Source of the DNA: Methanomassiliicoccaceae archaeon
GTDB taxonomy: Archaea; Thermoplasmatota; Thermoplasmata; Methanomassiliicoccales; Methanomassiliicoccaceae
DNA: 64,000 nucleotides
Assembly: GCA_963728405.1 (NCBI GenBank)
Contig: CAVSJV010000002.1
Span: forward strand, 32,001-96,000
Direction of reading: 5' to 3'
Part shown: positions 1-10,267 of the stretch, in pieces
Numbering within the stretch: the stretch's first letter is position 1
Layout: every line of letters starts with the position of its first letter
Notes under the pieces: generated by a model
The model's database searches: none
Seen by the model: the letters and a program-made list of their open reading frames with translations, nothing else
Told to the model about the DNA's origin: nothing
Program-made: the position numbers and the translations under genes

Positions 1-560
1 GGGAAGCGGAAGCCGAGCATCGTCCCGGCGACGTCCGTCGAGCTCGAAGACGTGCTGGTCGGCGACGACCTCGGCCAGCGGCCGGTAGGGCGGGCTCTGG
101 GCCGGGCACCGAGCGGGCCCGGACCAGCTCGAAGCGGCCGTCGAGGCGGATCGCGCAGGAGGGGGCGCCGGCGGGGATCAGCCGTCGATCCGCGCCAGCA
201 GCTCCTCGTGCGCGAGCGGCCCCTCGAGGCCGCACGTCGACCTCGGGCTCGAACCTGGTGACGACCGCGAACGGCGTCTTCGCTCAGCGCGGGCACCGGC
301 TCGATCGCGCCGTCGACGTCGGCGCGGAAGAACTCGCCGTCGAGGGCGATCATCTCGCCGTCGAGCCGGTTCAGCGTCCCCAGCCCGAGGTCGCCGTGCT
401 CGGCCAGCTCGGCGAAGCTGAGGTCGCCCTCGAAGGCGCCCTCGAGCAGCGCCCCGATCGTCGAGGCCTGGAAGAGGACGTGGGGGTCGTGCTCGGCGTG
501 CAGGTCGGCCCGGCGCATCGACTCCACGTGCAGCGAGCGGATCCAGCGCTCATCCAGCAC
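1..560 (-). CDS. budA: alpha-acetolactate decarboxylase (partial, runs off the window edge)
   Basis: Manual minus-strand translation from GTG at 560: ...FQASTIGALLEGAFEGDLSFAELAEHGDLGLGTLNRLDGEMIALDGEFFRADVDG...TPFAVVT, the typical AlsD/BudA N-terminus. Absent from the ORF track because it is open-ended. Confidence 0.85.
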   Translation of the reverse strand, partial: MLDERWIRSLHVESMRRADLHAEHDPHVLFQASTIGALLEGAFEGDLSFAELAEHGDLGLGTLNRLDGEMIALDGEFFRADVDGAIEPVPALSEDAVRGRHQVRARGRRAASRGRSRTRSCWRGSTADPRRRPLLRDPPRRPLRAGPGPLGARPRARPTGRWPRSSPTSTSSSSTDVAGTMLGFRF

Positions 561-572
561 AGCGGTCCCCAC

Positions 573-1053
573 TCAGCGCAGCGGGCCGCGGTTCATTTTG
601 AGGTCGAGGAAGCCGTGGCAGTCCTCGAAGCTTTCCGGCGCCGCCGGAGCCACGACCGAGACCGAGGCGTAGACGCCACGGCCGCGGGTGAAATGGACTT
701 CGGCCAGGCCACTGCCGTTGCGACCGCCGTCGGTCCGGGCGTACTCGCGCGTCCATTTGCCGTTGAAGGCGACGCGCCCGCCACCGATTTCGGCGCCGCT
801 GAAATAGCGGTCGTAGTCTTCGCCGGTTTCCGAGTTGTAACACTGCATTCGCAGGTTGAAGAAGAAGCCCGTCACTTTGCGGCCTTCGACTTTGAAGCCG
901 ATCAGCTGATCGCCCTGGACCTTGCCATAACGGCCGTCGGGGGCCGCGGCCGGCCGTACGTAGCGAGCGGTGGCCACCGAGACTGGCTGCCGAGCGCACG
1001 AGGAAGGCGAGGGTGAGCGGGACGAGCTTGAGGAGACGCGCGCGATTGGGCAT
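573..1053 (-). CDS. putative secreted protein (one apparent frameshift near 980)
   Basis: Signal-peptide-like start MPNRARLLKLVPLTLAFLV (ORF 550..1053) continues in the frame of ORF 573..1505 (GRYGKVQGDQLIGFKV...CHGFLDL), with two Cys. Confidence 0.55.
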
Positions 1054-1218
1054 GCCGGCTCATCGACAGCCCGCTTGCCCGGCTTGAGCGTCGCTCTGCG
1101 ACCTCTGGCTCGCCGAGCGCCTCGCCTCCAATTAGCGCGGTCGTCATTTCCACCGCTATGCGGGTGAAAAGACGGCCACGCCCCGTCCGGGCTGGCGCCA
1201 TGCAAGCATCGAGCGCCG

Positions 1219-2109
<891 letters not shown>

Positions 2110-2113
<4 letters not shown>

Positions 2114-2879
2114 GGCGCCTGGAACCGGCGGCGATCGCCGGGGTGATGAGCCGCGAGGTGGCGAACTTCCGCACCTACTGGAAGGGGCACGACCTTCTCC
2201 AGCGTGCTGGAACCGATCGTCTACCTGCTCGCCTTCGGGCTCGGGCTCGGCGCGACCCTGGTCGACGAAGTCGAAGGCGTCCCCTACATCCAGTTCGTCG
2301 GCACCGGCATGGTCGCGACCGCGGTGATCTTCTCCAGCGCCCTGCCGGCGATGTTCGGCACCTTCGTCAAGCACCGCTTCCAGAACACCTACGAAGCGAT
2401 CCTGGCGGCGCCGGTCGACGTCGAGGAGCTGGTCACGGCGGAGATGCTGTGGATCGCGCCTGCGCTCGGGCTTCTACGGCTGCGTGCCGCTGCTCGTCAC
2501 CTTCGCCTTCGGCCTCGACCCGGCCTGGGGGATGCTGCTGGTGCCGCTCTTCTGCTTCGTCACCGCGCTCGGCTTCGCCGGCTTCGGGGTGGCGATGGCG
2601 GCGACCGTCGCCAAGATCGACCAGTTCAACTACGTGACCGCGCTCTTCGTCACGCCGCTCTTCCTCGTCGCCGGCACCTTCTTCCCGATCTCCGGCCTGC
2701 CCGAGGGGGTGCAGCTGGTCGCCCAGGTCAACCCCCTGCACCAGCTGGTCGAACTGGTCCGCGGCGGCGCCTTCGGCTTCGAATCGGTCGACGTCGCCCG
2801 CTTCGCCTTCCTCGTCGCCGTCGCCCTGCTCACCTGGCGCATCGCGGTCAACCGCATGCGCAAGCGCCTGATCGACTGA
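2110..2879 (+). CDS. ABC-2 type permease (NodJ-like), frameshifted
   Basis: Hydrophobic segments spread over ORFs 2110, 2204 and 2484; GTFFP...LP...NPL ABC-2 motif; GTGA overlap with the ATPase gene. Confidence 0.85.
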
Positions 2880-2941
2880 GCGCGGCCGCGGACTCATTTC
2901 GCCGGCTCTGGCGAGGAAAAAGTACGCGGACGCAGAAAAAT

Positions 2942-3210
2942 GGACCGTGCACCGCCTTCGAAGCGCGGTCACCGGGCGTGTCCGTCGTTTTTGGCTCTTG
3001 CCGGGCTCACCTGCGGCACCCGCGGCATCCGCTTAAGGCTGCTTCCTTCCGGACCTGACCTGATTCGCGTGCCCACGTCGCGCAGGACCCGGCCGTCAAC
3101 GCCGCCGCGACGCACTGACCCCGACGGCCAGCCCCTCGGAACGGAATTCGGCCCCGCTAGAGCGGATTGCGGGTTACAAGGCACCGCTGATTCCCCGCCT
3201 AGCACGGTCC
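2942..3210 (-). ncRNA. ffs: signal recognition particle RNA, large bacterial type (~269 nt, Alu plus S domain)
   Basis: Minus strand contains the helix-8 motif CAGGTCCGGAAGGAAGCAGC. The 5' part GTGCTAGGCGGGGAATCAGCGGTGCC...CAATCCGCTCTAGC resembles Bacillus scRNA. The ends GGACCGTGC/GCACGGTCC are complementary. Confidence 0.92.
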
Positions 3211-3250
3211 AGTCGACGATCCTACCCTGCCCGCCGTAGGATCAGGCTCC

Positions 3251-4511
3251 TTGATCGCCCTGCCGACAGCCGCGATCCAGGTCGACACCGAGTCCTTCTT
3301 CGTGATCGTCCTCGCGGCGGCGGTGGCCGCGGCCACGCGTGGCGGCCGTCCCGGGGCGCTTCGTGCCGCCGGTGGTGGTGGTCGAGCTGGGGCTGGGGAT
3401 CCTGGTCGGGCCCCAGCTCCTCGACATCGCCAAAACCGACGACTTCATCGAATTCTTCTCCAACCTCGGCCTCGGGATGCTGTTCTTCTTCGCCGGCTAC
3501 GAGATCGACTTCGAGCGGATCAAGGGGGCGCCGCTGAAGCTCGGCTCCTGGGGCTGGCTGCTCTCGATCGTGATCGCCTACGCGATCGGCGGCGCTGCTG
3601 GTGGTGGCGGGGATGATCGACTCCGCCCTCTACGTCGGCTCGGCGATGGCGACGACCGCGATCGGCACCCTGATCCCGATCCTGCGCGACGCCGGCGAGC
3701 TGCAGACCCGCTTCGGGACCTACCTGATGGCGGCCGGCGGGGTCGGCGAGTTCGGGCCGATCCTGCTCGTCACCCTCTTCCTCTCCACCGACCCACCCGC
3801 TGCACGAGGCGGCTGATCCTGATCGCCTTCGTGATCCTCGCCCTGGCCGTGGCGCTGATCTCGGTCCGGCTCGCCTGGCGCGGCTGGCCGGCGCTGGAGC
3901 GGACCTTCGAGGCGAGCAGCCAGCTGGCGGTGCGGGTCACCGTCGTCCTCGTCTTCGGCCTCGTCCTGCTCGCCGGCAAGCTCGGCCTCGACGTCCTGAT
4001 CGGCGGCTTCGTCGCCGGCCTGATCACCCGCCTCGCGCTGAAAGGGCACGAGGTCCAGGTCTTCGAGTCGAAGCTGACCGCGGTCGGCTTCGGCTTCTTC
4101 GTCCCCTTCTTCTTCGTCACCAGCGGGATCCAGTTCAACCTCGACGCGCTCGGCTCGGTCGGGGCGATGCTGAAGCTGGCGATGTTCTTCGCCCTCTTCC
4201 TGGTCGTCCGCGGCACGCCGGCGATGCTGCTCTACCGCGGCGTCCTCGAGCTCCGCGACCGCGCCGCCCTCGCCTTCTACTCGGCGACCGAGCTGCCGCT
4301 GGTGGTCGCGATCACGACGATCGCGACCGAGACCGGCCACATGAAATCCTCGACCGCCGCGGGGCTGGTCGGCGCCGCGATGCTCTCGACCCTGGTCTAC
4401 CCCTTCGTCGGCCTGGCCCTGCGCAGGCGCAGCGAGGAGGAGACGGCCGAGCCGCCGGACGAGGGACCCCCTCCCGCGCCCCGCCCCGACTACCCGGCTG
4501 AATCCCCGTAA
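3251..4511 (+). CDS. cation:proton antiporter (CPA2/Kef-type), frameshifted
   Basis: Multi-TM protein with LFFFAGYEID, LIGGFVAG and GFFVPFFFVTSG motifs, split over ORFs 3251, 3339 and 3601. Confidence 0.85.
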
Positions 4512-4525
4512 GATCCGCCGCTCCC

Positions 4526-4597
4526 GGGCGCGTAGCTCAGTGGGAGAGCGCTCGCTTCACACGCGAGAGGTCGCTGGTTCGAAACCAGCCGTGCCCA
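4526..4597 (+). tRNA. tRNA-Val (anticodon CAC)
   Basis: GGGCGCGTAGCTCAGTGGGAGAGC...CTCGC-TTCACAC-GCGAG...GGTTCGAAACC...GTGCCCA forms a complete cloverleaf; CCA is not encoded. Confidence 0.95.
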
Positions 4598-4696
4598 TGC
4601 AAAGCGTTTTGCCATGCCAAAACGCAACGCGAAGAAATAGATCTTTCAAAAGCCTAGGCGTATAGACGATTAGCCGTATATGCGTATACTTACGGC

Positions 4697-5788
4697 ATGA
4701 TCTATCCCCCCCCGCACCTCAGCGATGCGTTGCAGGAGCGCCTGGTGGCGCTCGGAAGCCTGCGCCAGAAGCTAGGCGCCGAGGTGAGCCGGCCCAGCCG
4801 CTGGATGGGAAGCCTGCGGCGCGAGGTTCGAGCAAGCTCGATCGAGAGATCTACCTCGATCGAGGGCTATAGCGTCGACCCCGCCGAAGCAATCGCCCTG
4901 ACCAGCGGGGAATCTGAGCCCGAGAGTGGAGACGAGAACCGGATGGCTGTCTCCTGCTACGCGCGGGCGATGGATCACGTCGGGGTGATGGCGCAGGACC
5001 CTTCCTTCCGTTGGCTCGACCGGGTGATCCTGGATCTGCATTTCGACGCCTGCTATTTCCAGCGCGACAAGGACCCCGGTTACTGGCGGACCGGGGAGAT
5101 CTCTGTCACCGGCCCCGGCGGGCGGATCGACTACAGAGGGCCACCCGGCGAGGAGGTACCGGCCCTGATGGCGGAGATAGTCGAGTGGCTGGACGCCGAC
5201 GAGGAAACCGACGTGATCGTGAAGGCGGCAATCGCCCATCTAAACGTGGTCTCGGTGCACCCATTTCGCGACGGCAACGGGCGTGTGTCGCGGATCGTGC
5301 AGTCGCTGGTATTGGCACGCGAGGGAAAGATGATCTCGCCGGAGTTCTCCTCGATCGAGGAGTACCTCGGTGATAACACGGCCGACTACTACGCCGCGCT
5401 GCGCGATGTGCAGGGCGGCAGCTATCAGCCCGGACGAGACGCAAGCAGCTGGGTCGGCTTTTGCATCGAGGCCCACATCGCGCAGGCGGGCCAGCGGTTG
5501 GCCCAGATCGAGGAGGCCGGGTTACGCTGGAGCTACCTCGAAGAACTGGTGGCGCAGCGAGACTGGCCCGAGCGCTTTCTCATCGCCCTCGAGCAGAGCC
5601 TGATGGGGGGAAGCGACCGCGCCAACTACACCGAGGAGGCCGAGATCTCGCCGGCGAGCGCAAGCAACGACTTTCGACGGCTGCTCGACAGCGGCCTGAT
5701 TCGCCAGACCGGCCGCGGGCGAACTGTCCGCTATTGGGCGAGCGCGGATCTGGTCAAGGGCGTGGACCTGGCCACCGGCAAACCCTGA
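4697..5788 (+). CDS. Fic family protein with C-terminal wHTH
   Basis: Canonical HPFRDGNGRVSR motif; N-terminal STSIEG inhibitory motif; C-terminal ...SNDFRRLLDSGLIRQTGRGR wHTH. TATACT lies 6 nt before the ATG, suggesting a leaderless transcript. Confidence 0.92.
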   Translation: MIYPPPHLSDALQERLVALGSLRQKLGAEVSRPSRWMGSLRREVRASSIERSTSIEGYSVDPAEAIALTSGESEPESGDENRMAVSCYARAMDHVGVMAQDPSFRWLDRVILDLHFDACYFQRDKDPGYWRTGEISVTGPGGRIDYRGPPGEEVPALMAEIVEWLDADEETDVIVKAAIAHLNVVSVHPFRDGNGRVSRIVQSLVLAREGKMISPEFSSIEEYLGDNTADYYAALRDVQGGSYQPGRDASSWVGFCIEAHIAQAGQRLAQIEEAGLRWSYLEELVAQRDWPERFLIALEQSLMGGSDRANYTEEAEISPASASNDFRRLLDSGLIRQTGRGRTVRYWASADLVKGVDLATGKP

Positions 5789-6011
5789 TTGCGGGCGCGA
5801 GCTCGTCCACGCGTCAACTATCACGGCTAATAAAGTCGGGGAGTCATAACCCCCGTCGTGAGGCAGTGCCCGGAGAATCCCGATAGCGTGACGATCCTCG
5901 GTGGCCTTGACGAAAGTCGCGTCGCCGGGGCTTTGTTGGCGTCCGCCGTTCAGGCGTGGCACGCACTTGCAGGGGGCGACCTCCTGCGACGTAACGACAC
6001 AAAAGGAGCGC

Positions 6012-6761
6012 ATGTCCACGCTATCTGAGGAAAGCCTCGAGGTTCACCTGCCGCGCGCGGGCGCCTTCGGGCTCGAGCAGGATGAGGAGTTTTTCGAGAT
6101 CGAGGAGAACGGCCGGCGGCGGCGCCTTCGCTGCCACGACTACGGCGAGATTTTCTCGGTCCCCGGTCTCTACGAGCGGATCTTTGGCGAGGTGCTCAGC
6201 TGCCGCTCGCCCCAGGTCGTCGTCGACCTGCTCGACGAGACGCTGGAGAGGCAGGAGGAAGACTCAAGCGAGTTGCGCGTCGTCGACCTGGGGGCCGGGA
6301 ATGGGATGGTCGGCGAGGAACTGACCAGGATCGGTGCCGAGGAGATTGTCGGCGTCGACCTGCTGGAGGAGGCCAAGGAGGCGGCAGAGCGGGACAGGCC
6401 GGGCGTGTATGACGCCTACCACGCGCTCAACCTGACCGATCTCGACCCGGCGCTCCGCCGCGACCTCGAAGCGCGCGGCTTCAACTGTCTGACCTGTGTC
6501 GCCGCGCTCGGCTTCGGCGACCTGCCTCCTGACGCCTTCCGGGCCGCCTATGACCTGATCGCCCCGGGCGGTTGGATCGCCTTCAACATTCGCGACCAGT
6601 TCGTCGCCAGCGACGATGCCAGCGGCTTCGCCCGCCTGATCGAGGACCTGTTCGAGAGCGGTGAGCTGGTCGAGCACGCTCGCCATCGCTACCGGCACCG
6701 CATCTCGGTGAGTGGCGAGCCACTCCACTACGTCGCGGTGATCGCCCAGAAGGCCGGCTGA
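6012..6761 (+). CDS. class I SAM-dependent methyltransferase
   Basis: Motif I VVDLGAGNG followed by IVGVD; RBS AAGGAG before ATG 6012. Confidence 0.85.
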   Translation: MSTLSEESLEVHLPRAGAFGLEQDEEFFEIEENGRRRRLRCHDYGEIFSVPGLYERIFGEVLSCRSPQVVVDLLDETLERQEEDSSELRVVDLGAGNGMVGEELTRIGAEEIVGVDLLEEAKEAAERDRPGVYDAYHALNLTDLDPALRRDLEARGFNCLTCVAALGFGDLPPDAFRAAYDLIAPGGWIAFNIRDQFVASDDASGFARLIEDLFESGELVEHARHRYRHRISVSGEPLHYVAVIAQKAG

Positions 6762-6826
6762 CTCAGGCCGTCTCGCGCCAATCCCCGGGCACAGTTGAGC
6801 GCTCGGGGACGGCCGATGGCCCTTGG

Positions 6827-7240
6827 CTATTCCCCAAAGGGATTGAAGACCTCGACGCCCGCGCCTTCCACATCGGCGACGTTGCGAGTGGCCAGCGTCA
6901 GACCGGTCACCTTGGCCGTCGCGGCAAGCAGCCCATCGACGACGGGGAGTGGGTCTGGCACGTTCAGTCGCCCCCACTCCTCGGCGATCGCGCGATCGAC
7001 CCCGATGATCCGGTCGCGGTGCGCCTCGACGACGCGACTGAGCCAGCTGTCCAGCGCCGCGGCGGCGTCGGGGTCGCGGCGGCGGATGGACTCGATGCCG
7101 CGACGGATCTCTCCCACCGTAAGGACGCTGAGAAAGATCTCCTCGTCGGCGAGCCCGGCGAACCAAGCTCTGACGCCCTGATCGGTTCGCTCTCCCTTGC
7201 GAAGCTCAGAGATGACGTTGGTATCGAGCAGATAGCTCAA
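6827..7240 (-). CDS. vapC: PIN-domain toxin (VapC/FitB-like)
   Basis: YLLDTNVISE...GEIRRG...DGLLAATA...LATRN. Confidence 0.92.
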   Translation of the reverse strand: MSYLLDTNVISELRKGERTDQGVRAWFAGLADEEIFLSVLTVGEIRRGIESIRRRDPDAAAALDSWLSRVVEAHRDRIIGVDRAIAEEWGRLNVPDPLPVVDGLLAATAKVTGLTLATRNVADVEGAGVEVFNPFGE

Positions 7241-7467
7241 AGCTCGACCGGGCGGCCCCGGTCAGGCGGGCGCTCGAAGTCCCGATCGTCGCCGACGTCG
7301 GGGATGCCGAGGAGAAGTCCCTTGAGGGATGGGCCCTCCTTCGCGCGCAGCGCCTCACGCAGGATCCGGCGGTGCTCCTCCTCCGCAGAGTGGCCGTGAC
7401 GGGCGGCGCGCATCTTCAGCTCGCGCACCACATCGCTCTCTATGTCTCGGACCAGAAGCTGTGCCAT
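7237..7467 (-). CDS. FitA-like ribbon-helix-helix antitoxin
   Basis: MAQLLVRDIE...LKMRAARHGHSAEEEHRRIL; 4-nt overlap with the PIN gene. Confidence 0.88.
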   Translation of the reverse strand: MAQLLVRDIESDVVRELKMRAARHGHSAEEEHRRILREALRAKEGPSLKGLLLGIPDVGDDRDFERPPDRGRPVEL

Positions 7468-7469
7468 GG

Positions 7470-7486
7470 TGATAGCAATGCTAGCA
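7470..7486. promoter_or_regulatory. putative FitA-type operator
   Basis: TGATAGCA-A-TGCTAGCA immediately upstream of the antitoxin start. TGATAGCA matches the half-site I recall for Neisseria FitAB. Confidence 0.55.
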
Positions 7487-7511
7487 TCAGCTGGCGTTCC
7501 GGTGCCGGGTC

Positions 7512-7904
7512 TCAGACCTCCACGACCCGTAGGGCAGGGTGGGCGGTGGCGATCTTCTCGTAGTCGCCGTCCTGGGTGACCACCGGCAAGCCGTGCTCGA
7601 TTGCCGTTGCGGCGATCAGAGCATCGGTGAGCTTGACGACGCGGTGGATGCCCGCCGCCCGGCAGTCAGCGACGAGGCGGGCCCACGTAACCATGATCGC
7701 CTCGCTGACGGGGATCGGGTCGGCCGCCCTGGCGAGGGACAGCGTGTCGGCGCGGCGGGCACGAATCCCATCATCGACGGCGCTGAGAACTCCGAGCTGG
7801 AGCTCGCCGATGGTGATTGCCGAAATCGTCGCCCGCTCGGGGAGGACGCCGAGAGGCCGGCCGTCCTCCCTGGCAATGAACACCGAGGTATCGCGCGGGC
7901 GCAC
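7512..7904 (-). CDS. PIN-domain protein (VapC-like), no adjacent antitoxin seen
   Basis: DTSVFIA...ITIGEL...DALIAATAIEHGLPVVTQD; start uncertain. Confidence 0.85.
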   Translation of the reverse strand: MRPRDTSVFIAREDGRPLGVLPERATISAITIGELQLGVLSAVDDGIRARRADTLSLARAADPIPVSEAIMVTWARLVADCRAAGIHRVVKLTDALIAATAIEHGLPVVTQDGDYEKIATAHPALRVVEV

Positions 7905-7973
7905 CCGCTCCGAGAGGAGGTCTTTGGAACGCAGACGGCCGAAGTCGCTCTCGTAGGGATCGCGCCTGGCGGG

Positions 7974-8249
7974 CTACCCGAGTGCCCGCGCGACACTGAT
8001 GACGATCAGTCCCAGCGCGGCGATTCCCAGGCCCTTGCGGAAACCGTTGACGCCGTGCGCGGCCTCCTCGTAGGCCCACACGGTGAGCGCGACGTAGAAG
8101 GTCGCGCGGGCGAGGTCATCGATCGTGCTGCCGTCGTCGGTCAGTCGCGCCAGGAGAAGCGCGGCGAGGGCGATCCAGAGCGGTGGGTTCGGGGACTGTC
8201 CAACCGTGTAGCCGCGGATCTTGAAGTCTCGCTGGATGGGCGCCAGCAT
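7974..8249 (-). CDS. small membrane protein
   Basis: 91 aa with three hydrophobic segments; VGQSPNPPL and WAYEEAAHGVNGFR. Confidence 0.6.
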   Translation of the reverse strand: MLAPIQRDFKIRGYTVGQSPNPPLWIALAALLLARLTDDGSTIDDLARATFYVALTVWAYEEAAHGVNGFRKGLGIAALGLIVISVARALG

Positions 8250-8274
8250 AGTGGTGCCCGGGTCGCCTCTCCGC

Positions 8275-9060
8275 TCAGTCGCGGCGCGGCGGCCAGGGGA
8301 AGAACGCGCTCGTGCGGGAGATGTAGTCCGCGTAGCCCTCGCGCCGCGAGGTCAGCGAACGCTCGAGCAGGGCGGCGCCGCTGACCCGGATCAGCAGGAC
8401 GGACATGACCGCCGGGCCGACAGCCGTCCACCAGGCGCTGCCGGTTTCCAGCGCGACGAGCCAGATCCCCCACCACACGCAGAAGTCGCCGAAGTAGTTC
8501 GGGTGACGCGTGTAGCGCCACAGCCCGCGGTCCATGACCTTCCCGCGGCTCGCCGGATCGGCCTTGAACCGCGCAAGCTGCTGGTCGCCGACCGCCTCGA
8601 ACGCAAGCCCGACTGCCCACAGCGCGGCGCCGGCCCACGCGAGCGCGCCAAGGCCGGAGGGTGTGGGGTCGGTCATTGCCACCTGGACCGGGAGCGAGAC
8701 CACCCACATCAGGGCGCCCTGCAGCCAGAACACGACGACCAGGCTGCGCAGCGGCCAGCGGTCGCCGTAGCGGCGACGCATCGCCGCGTAGCGGTAGTCC
8801 TCGCCTTTCCCGAGATTGCGGCGGGCCAGATAGACGCTCAGGCGCAGGCCCCAGACGGTCACCAGCGCTGCCAGGAGCAGGCGGCGGTCGCCACTCCCCT
8901 CCCCCAGGGCGTAGCCGGCCCAGGCGACGACGACGAAGCCGCTGCCCCAGAAGATGTCGACGACTGAGGTATCGCGCAGCGCGACGCTCACCGCCCACAG
9001 CGCCGTGACGAGGGCGAGCACGAGGCCCGCCTCAACCGCCAGCAGACCCGCGGTGCTCAC
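8275..9060 (-). CDS. DUF1295 family (steroid 5-alpha-reductase-like) membrane protein
   Basis: SVVDIFWG, GEDYRY, GLWRYTRHPNYFGD motifs. Confidence 0.9.
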   Translation of the reverse strand: MSTAGLLAVEAGLVLALVTALWAVSVALRDTSVVDIFWGSGFVVVAWAGYALGEGSGDRRLLLAALVTVWGLRLSVYLARRNLGKGEDYRYAAMRRRYGDRWPLRSLVVVFWLQGALMWVVSLPVQVAMTDPTPSGLGALAWAGAALWAVGLAFEAVGDQQLARFKADPASRGKVMDRGLWRYTRHPNYFGDFCVWWGIWLVALETGSAWWTAVGPAVMSVLLIRVSGAALLERSLTSRREGYADYISRTSAFFPWPPRRD

Positions 9061-10133
9061 GCTGCCGTCCGCGCGCCGGTGTCCGCGAACTGCCCCTCGA
9101 GCCAGTCGTCGACGTCCTGCCAGAGGTCATAGAGCCAGTCCGCCCGCGCGGCGTCCGCCTCGGGCACCTCCGACCGCGGCACCCGCGTCACGCGAACCCG
9201 GACCACGAGCCCGACCAGGCCGCCCTTCCAGATGTCGGAGATCAGCCGCAGGCCGTCGAAACCGTGGTGGGCGATGACGACGATGTCGGCGTCGGGGGCG
9301 CCGTCGAGCAAAGCGCCCACGCCGCCGAGCCTCGGCGGCAGCAGATGCCTGATCCGCTCTGCCCGCGGGGCCAGGCGGGCGTCACGCTCGGCGATGCGCG
9401 CAATCGCCCGGGCGCGACGCTCTGGCGTGAATCGGGTCCCCTCCGGGTAGATCAGCACGCCCTCCTCCGGCCCGAGGCCGTGGGCGAGGGCGCGCACCCG
9501 CTCAACCTCCTCCGCCGCGCCGGTACCGCGGCGCACGAAGTAGTTCGGCAGTCGTCGCCCGGCGATGTCGAGGCAGGGATCAGCGAGCAGCTCTCGCTTG
9601 AGCACGTAGCGCAGGCCGATCCCGTGCGAGCGGGTGACGAGGTTCGCCGGCAGCAGGTTGTCAACGATGCTCGCATGGCGGATCAGGACGATCACGGGCC
9701 CCGGCGCGACCGCCTCGTCGCCCACCACCTCGAGCCTCAGGCCGAACAGCACCCGCACCGCGGCGAACAGCGTGCCGGCCCACAGCTGCTGCAGGCTCTG
9801 GGTCGTGTCACGCAGCCACGCGCCGCGCCGGCCACCCAGGCTCGCGACCCACACCGCCGCCAGCGCGGCCACACCCCCGACCTCGGCAGCGAGGTACACC
9901 CAGAGAAACAGGGCGAGCCGCGCGGCCGTCGGCGGCACCCCGAACGCGACCCGGCGCACCGCGTCGACAACCAGGCCGACGACAAGCAGCGCCGGCAGTA
10001 ACACCGTGACCAGCACAAGACCCAGCACGAGCGGCAGGATCGTCCGCAGTCGTCGAAGGACAACCTCGACCCGGGTCTCATCGACACCACCCCGTTGCAC
10101 CCCGCCATTCTGCCACTGGTTCGCGAGACACAT
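9057..10133 (-). CDS. PlsC-like phospholipid/glycerol acyltransferase (start uncertain)
   Basis: HASIVD (HX4D) and IYPEGTR motifs. Confidence 0.85.
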   Translation of the reverse strand: MCLANQWQNGGVQRGGVDETRVEVVLRRLRTILPLVLGLVLVTVLLPALLVVGLVVDAVRRVAFGVPPTAARLALFLWVYLAAEVGGVAALAAVWVASLGGRRGAWLRDTTQSLQQLWAGTLFAAVRVLFGLRLEVVGDEAVAPGPVIVLIRHASIVDNLLPANLVTRSHGIGLRYVLKRELLADPCLDIAGRRLPNYFVRRGTGAAEEVERVRALAHGLGPEEGVLIYPEGTRFTPERRARAIARIAERDARLAPRAERIRHLLPPRLGGVGALLDGAPDADIVVIAHHGFDGLRLISDIWKGGLVGLVVRVRVTRVPRSEVPEADAARADWLYDLWQDVDDWLEGQFADTGARTAA

Positions 10134-10267
10134 AACTCCCTGAAGTCGGCCCGGCCAGTAAACGGGGCGGTCCGGGGTGAGCCGGACCGAGTTTCACGGG
10201 TCTCCGTCAAACGGTCCCGGCCTGGCTCACTCTGCAAGGCGGCGGAGAAGCTAGGGCTCCGCTCCCA

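Noticed and set aside
10178-10199. Strong hairpin CGGTCCGG-GGTGAG-CCGGACCG as an ncRNA or repeat element
   Set aside because: Single copy in GC-rich DNA; probably a terminator or chance.
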